DNA of 32,000 nt from the NCBI RefSeq assembly GCF_003231495.1, contig NZ_PQWO01000023.1:1-32000 (forward strand), written 5' to 3'. This DNA comes from Acaryochloris thomasi RCC1774. Lineage in GTDB: Bacteria; Cyanobacteriota; Cyanobacteriia; Thermosynechococcales; Thermosynechococcaceae. The translations under genes were made by a program, and so were the position numbers. The notes below the pieces were generated by a model, which worked only from the letters and a program-made list of their open reading frames with translations, made no database searches and was not told where the DNA came from. The first letter of the stretch is position 1. The number at the start of each line of letters is the position of its first letter. This document shows positions 29,961 through 32,000 of the stretch, in pieces.

Positions 29961-31451
29961 TCATGCCTTCATCTCAATAGTTCCCATCATTCCCAGCTCT
30001 TCATGGTCGAGAATATGGCAGTGGTAGACCGTCTTCCCAGGAAAATCTCGGAAAGGAATCCGAATCCGAACCGTCTCACCTGTCGGAATTAACACCGTGT
30101 CTTTCCAGGCTTGATAAGGAACTGGCTGGCCGTTTCGAGCAATCACTTGAAACGGATTGGTGTGTAGATGAAACGGATGATCCATCACCCCTGTATTGCT
30201 AACTTCCCAATCCTCGACGGTGTCGAGAGATACCTGAGTGTCAATACGTTGGTGATCGAAGGACTTGCCGTTAATTAAAAACACCATGCCCTGTCCAGGC
30301 ACCATGCCATGATCAAGCTCAAACTGGCGTACGGTTTGTGGCTCCGGTAGCGTCTCAACCTCAATCAATTGTTGAGGTATGGATTGAGGCTCCACTTGGC
30401 CGGTATAAGCCAGTGTCGCCAAGGTTTGAGGTGAGTCCTGATCATTACCCTCCATCATGCCTGGTCCCATTCGACCGCGGCCCATCATGCCTGGGCCTCC
30501 GCGATCTCGCCTCATCATGCCACCCCCCATCATCCCCATCTGGCCTCGACTGTAGGGTAGATTCAAGAGACGGTATTGGCCCGCTTCCTGATCACCCTGC
30601 ACCAGCACTTCGGCCCGTTCCCCTGGCGACAAAAGCAGTTCCTGTATCTCTACTGGTGTCGATAAAGGATGGCCGTCAGTGGCAATCAGGTATAGGGGAT
30701 GCTTTTCTAGAGCCAAACGATAGAACCGAGCATTCGAGGCATTCACTAGCCTCAGCCGCGCCAGTCCACCAGCGGGGATTGAAAACGAAGGGTTCACCTG
30801 CCCGTTCACCGTCACCAGATCGCCCTCACGTCCTGCCATTCGCCCCATCATTGGCTGTCTTTGCTCGACTACAAAATCTTTCAAAAACAGAAACGTTTGT
30901 TCTGCCGCCTGAATTTCGGGAATCTCATCTAGCGCCCCTCGGACGATGAACATGCCACCTAACCCACCCAGGATCTGATCAGCAACATAACCGTGCAGGT
31001 GAGGATGATAGTAAGCAATTCCTCCCGGATGTTGCTGGGGAATCGAAAATTCATAGAGGGCGCTTTCCCCGCTATCAATGCGACGGAAAACGTCGTCTGC
31101 ATTCCCCGTAGGTGGAATATGCAGTCCGTGATAGTGAATGTTGGTCGGATCGCTCAGGTTGTTTTTGAAGCGAATCCGAACTATATCTCCAGGCTTTGCT
31201 TCTAGCCGGGGACCGGGAACTTGGCCGTTGTAGCTCAGTAAGTTAGTGGGTTTCCCATCCAGGTTAACTTGACGATAGCTGGCCTCCAACTCTAGGTCTA
31301 ACAAGCCATCTTTGCTGGTGTACAGCTTTGGCAAACTGAGGGGTGCTTTGGGTACCGTTTGAGTTTGGCCGCGACTGCACTGCGAGAGCAACACGGCACC
31401 TGCACTACTGGCACTGAGAACCAAAAATTGTCTGCGGTTGAGCGATTGCAT
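29961..31451 (-). CDS. Multicopper oxidase (CueO/laccase-like) with a Met/Gly/Arg-rich loop.
   Basis: It has a Tat signal (RRQFLVLSASSAGAV), copper-site motifs (IHYHGLH, YYHPHLHG, HPFHLH, HCHILDHEELGMMG) and the insert QMGMMGGGMMRRDRGGPGMMGRGRMGPGMM. Confidence 0.9.
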   Translation of the reverse strand: MQSLNRRQFLVLSASSAGAVLLSQCSRGQTQTVPKAPLSLPKLYTSKDGLLDLELEASYRQVNLDGKPTNLLSYNGQVPGPRLEAKPGDIVRIRFKNNLSDPTNIHYHGLHIPPTGNADDVFRRIDSGESALYEFSIPQQHPGGIAYYHPHLHGYVADQILGGLGGMFIVRGALDEIPEIQAAEQTFLFLKDFVVEQRQPMMGRMAGREGDLVTVNGQVNPSFSIPAGGLARLRLVNASNARFYRLALEKHPLYLIATDGHPLSTPVEIQELLLSPGERAEVLVQGDQEAGQYRLLNLPYSRGQMGMMGGGMMRRDRGGPGMMGRGRMGPGMMEGNDQDSPQTLATLAYTGQVEPQSIPQQLIEVETLPEPQTVRQFELDHGMVPGQGMVFLINGKSFDHQRIDTQVSLDTVEDWEVSNTGVMDHPFHLHTNPFQVIARNGQPVPYQAWKDTVLIPTGETVRIRIPFRDFPGKTVYHCHILDHEELGMMGTIEMKA

Positions 31452-31505
31452 ATGTCTACCTGGACTACGAAACTAAAATGCTTAGAGTTACGAACTGAGT
31501 AAAAC

Positions 31506-31997
31506 TTAAAGCTGCTTGGGAGTTGCCACTGCCGCCATCAGTCCCCAGATCAGGCCGAAGCGATCTTTTGTGGTTTGGCTAATCTCAAATTGAGCCGATG
31601 CCAGTAATTGATGAAATTCAGCTTGGGTATAGCATTGCTGGTGGGCTGAGTCGAAAATTTTCAACACTGCATCACAAACCTTACAGAGCAAAAAATCGCG
31701 GCACCAATCTAAAATAATCAACTGTCCTTGGGGTTTAAGAACCCGCTTTACTTCTGCCAGGGCCGCTAGAGGTTGGTCGAAGTAGTGAAAGGCATTGGCA
31801 GACACAACAACATCAAACGTCTGCTTAGGGAAAGGAAGGGCTAAGACTGAGGCATGTTGAAATTGAACATTGGAATGGGAAGAAAATTTCTTTTGGGCGA
31901 TCTCCAGCATATTCTCAGATAGATCAACCCCGACTACGTGCTGATCCGGGTGTTCCTTTACCAATCGCTGCTCAAATTCACCTGTGCCACAACCCAC
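31506..31997 (-). CDS. Class I SAM-dependent methyltransferase. It is partial, with the N-terminus beyond the right window edge.
   Basis: Motif I (GCGTGEF) sits at the window edge, and the rest is Methyltransf_11-like (VVSANAFHYFD, LKPQGQLIILDW). Confidence 0.85.
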   Translation of the reverse strand: MGCGTGEFEQRLVKEHPDQHVVGVDLSENMLEIAQKKFSSHSNVQFQHASVLALPFPKQTFDVVVSANAFHYFDQPLAALAEVKRVLKPQGQLIILDWCRDFLLCKVCDAVLKIFDSAHQQCYTQAEFHQLLASAQFEISQTTKDRFGLIWGLMAAVATPKQL

Positions 31998-32000
31998 ATC

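Overview
The window looks cyanobacterial, because the HIP1 octamer GCGATCGC recurs throughout (for example 499-506, 6108-6115, 6377-6384, 6517-6524, 6793-6800 and many more to the right). I recognised no rRNA, tRNA, CRISPR array, transposase or integrase.

Left part (1-7.4 kb):
- A partial gene ending in a dsRNA-binding-domain-like fold.
- One 4.8-kb gene (625-5403, minus strand) for a 1592-aa NACHT/STAND-type P-loop NTPase. It has an N-terminal Gly/Ala-rich hydrophobic segment and a very long helical C-terminal region. The gene is visibly AT-richer than its flanks and I found no HIP1 in it, so it looks like an acquired single-gene NLR-like conflict or defence locus.
- A translationally coupled pair of unknown genes, one Cys-rich and basic, the other strongly acidic.
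- About 830 bp of structured non-coding DNA.

Right part (7.4-31.5 kb) is a dense copper/heavy-metal homeostasis island:
- A CusBA-like RND efflux operon carrying an embedded DUF190 gene and a His-rich lipoprotein.
- Two paralogous CopRS-like two-component systems.
- A CPH-type (CopB-like) P-type ATPase with a His-rich N-terminus.
- A glutaredoxin-MauE fusion, a DUF305 membrane protein, a Cys-rich four-helix-bundle (Csp/DUF326-like) protein, DUF2933 and a MerR-family regulator.
- A CopA multicopper oxidase, a separate Met-rich periplasmic protein and CopB.
- A second Met-rich multicopper oxidase followed by a TVP38/DedA-like protein.
- A partial SAM methyltransferase at the right edge.

Leads not explained by standard annotation:
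1. A small secreted Cys...Cys-His peptide gene is present twice, each time next to a CopRS paralog and a DUF2808-like gene. One DUF2808-like copy is reduced to a remnant. Many synonymous differences separate the two peptide copies.
2. Three MerR-type promoters share a 9-4-9 dyad.
3. Two classes of 11-bp-spaced direct-repeat boxes sit upstream of the island's operons. Three copies are near-identical 21-mers.
4. The membrane fusion protein has a C-terminal DDGHDHS repeat, an extra transmembrane helix and an acidic tail.
5. The NLR-like gene described above.

All functional calls come from motif recognition by eye. No database search was run.
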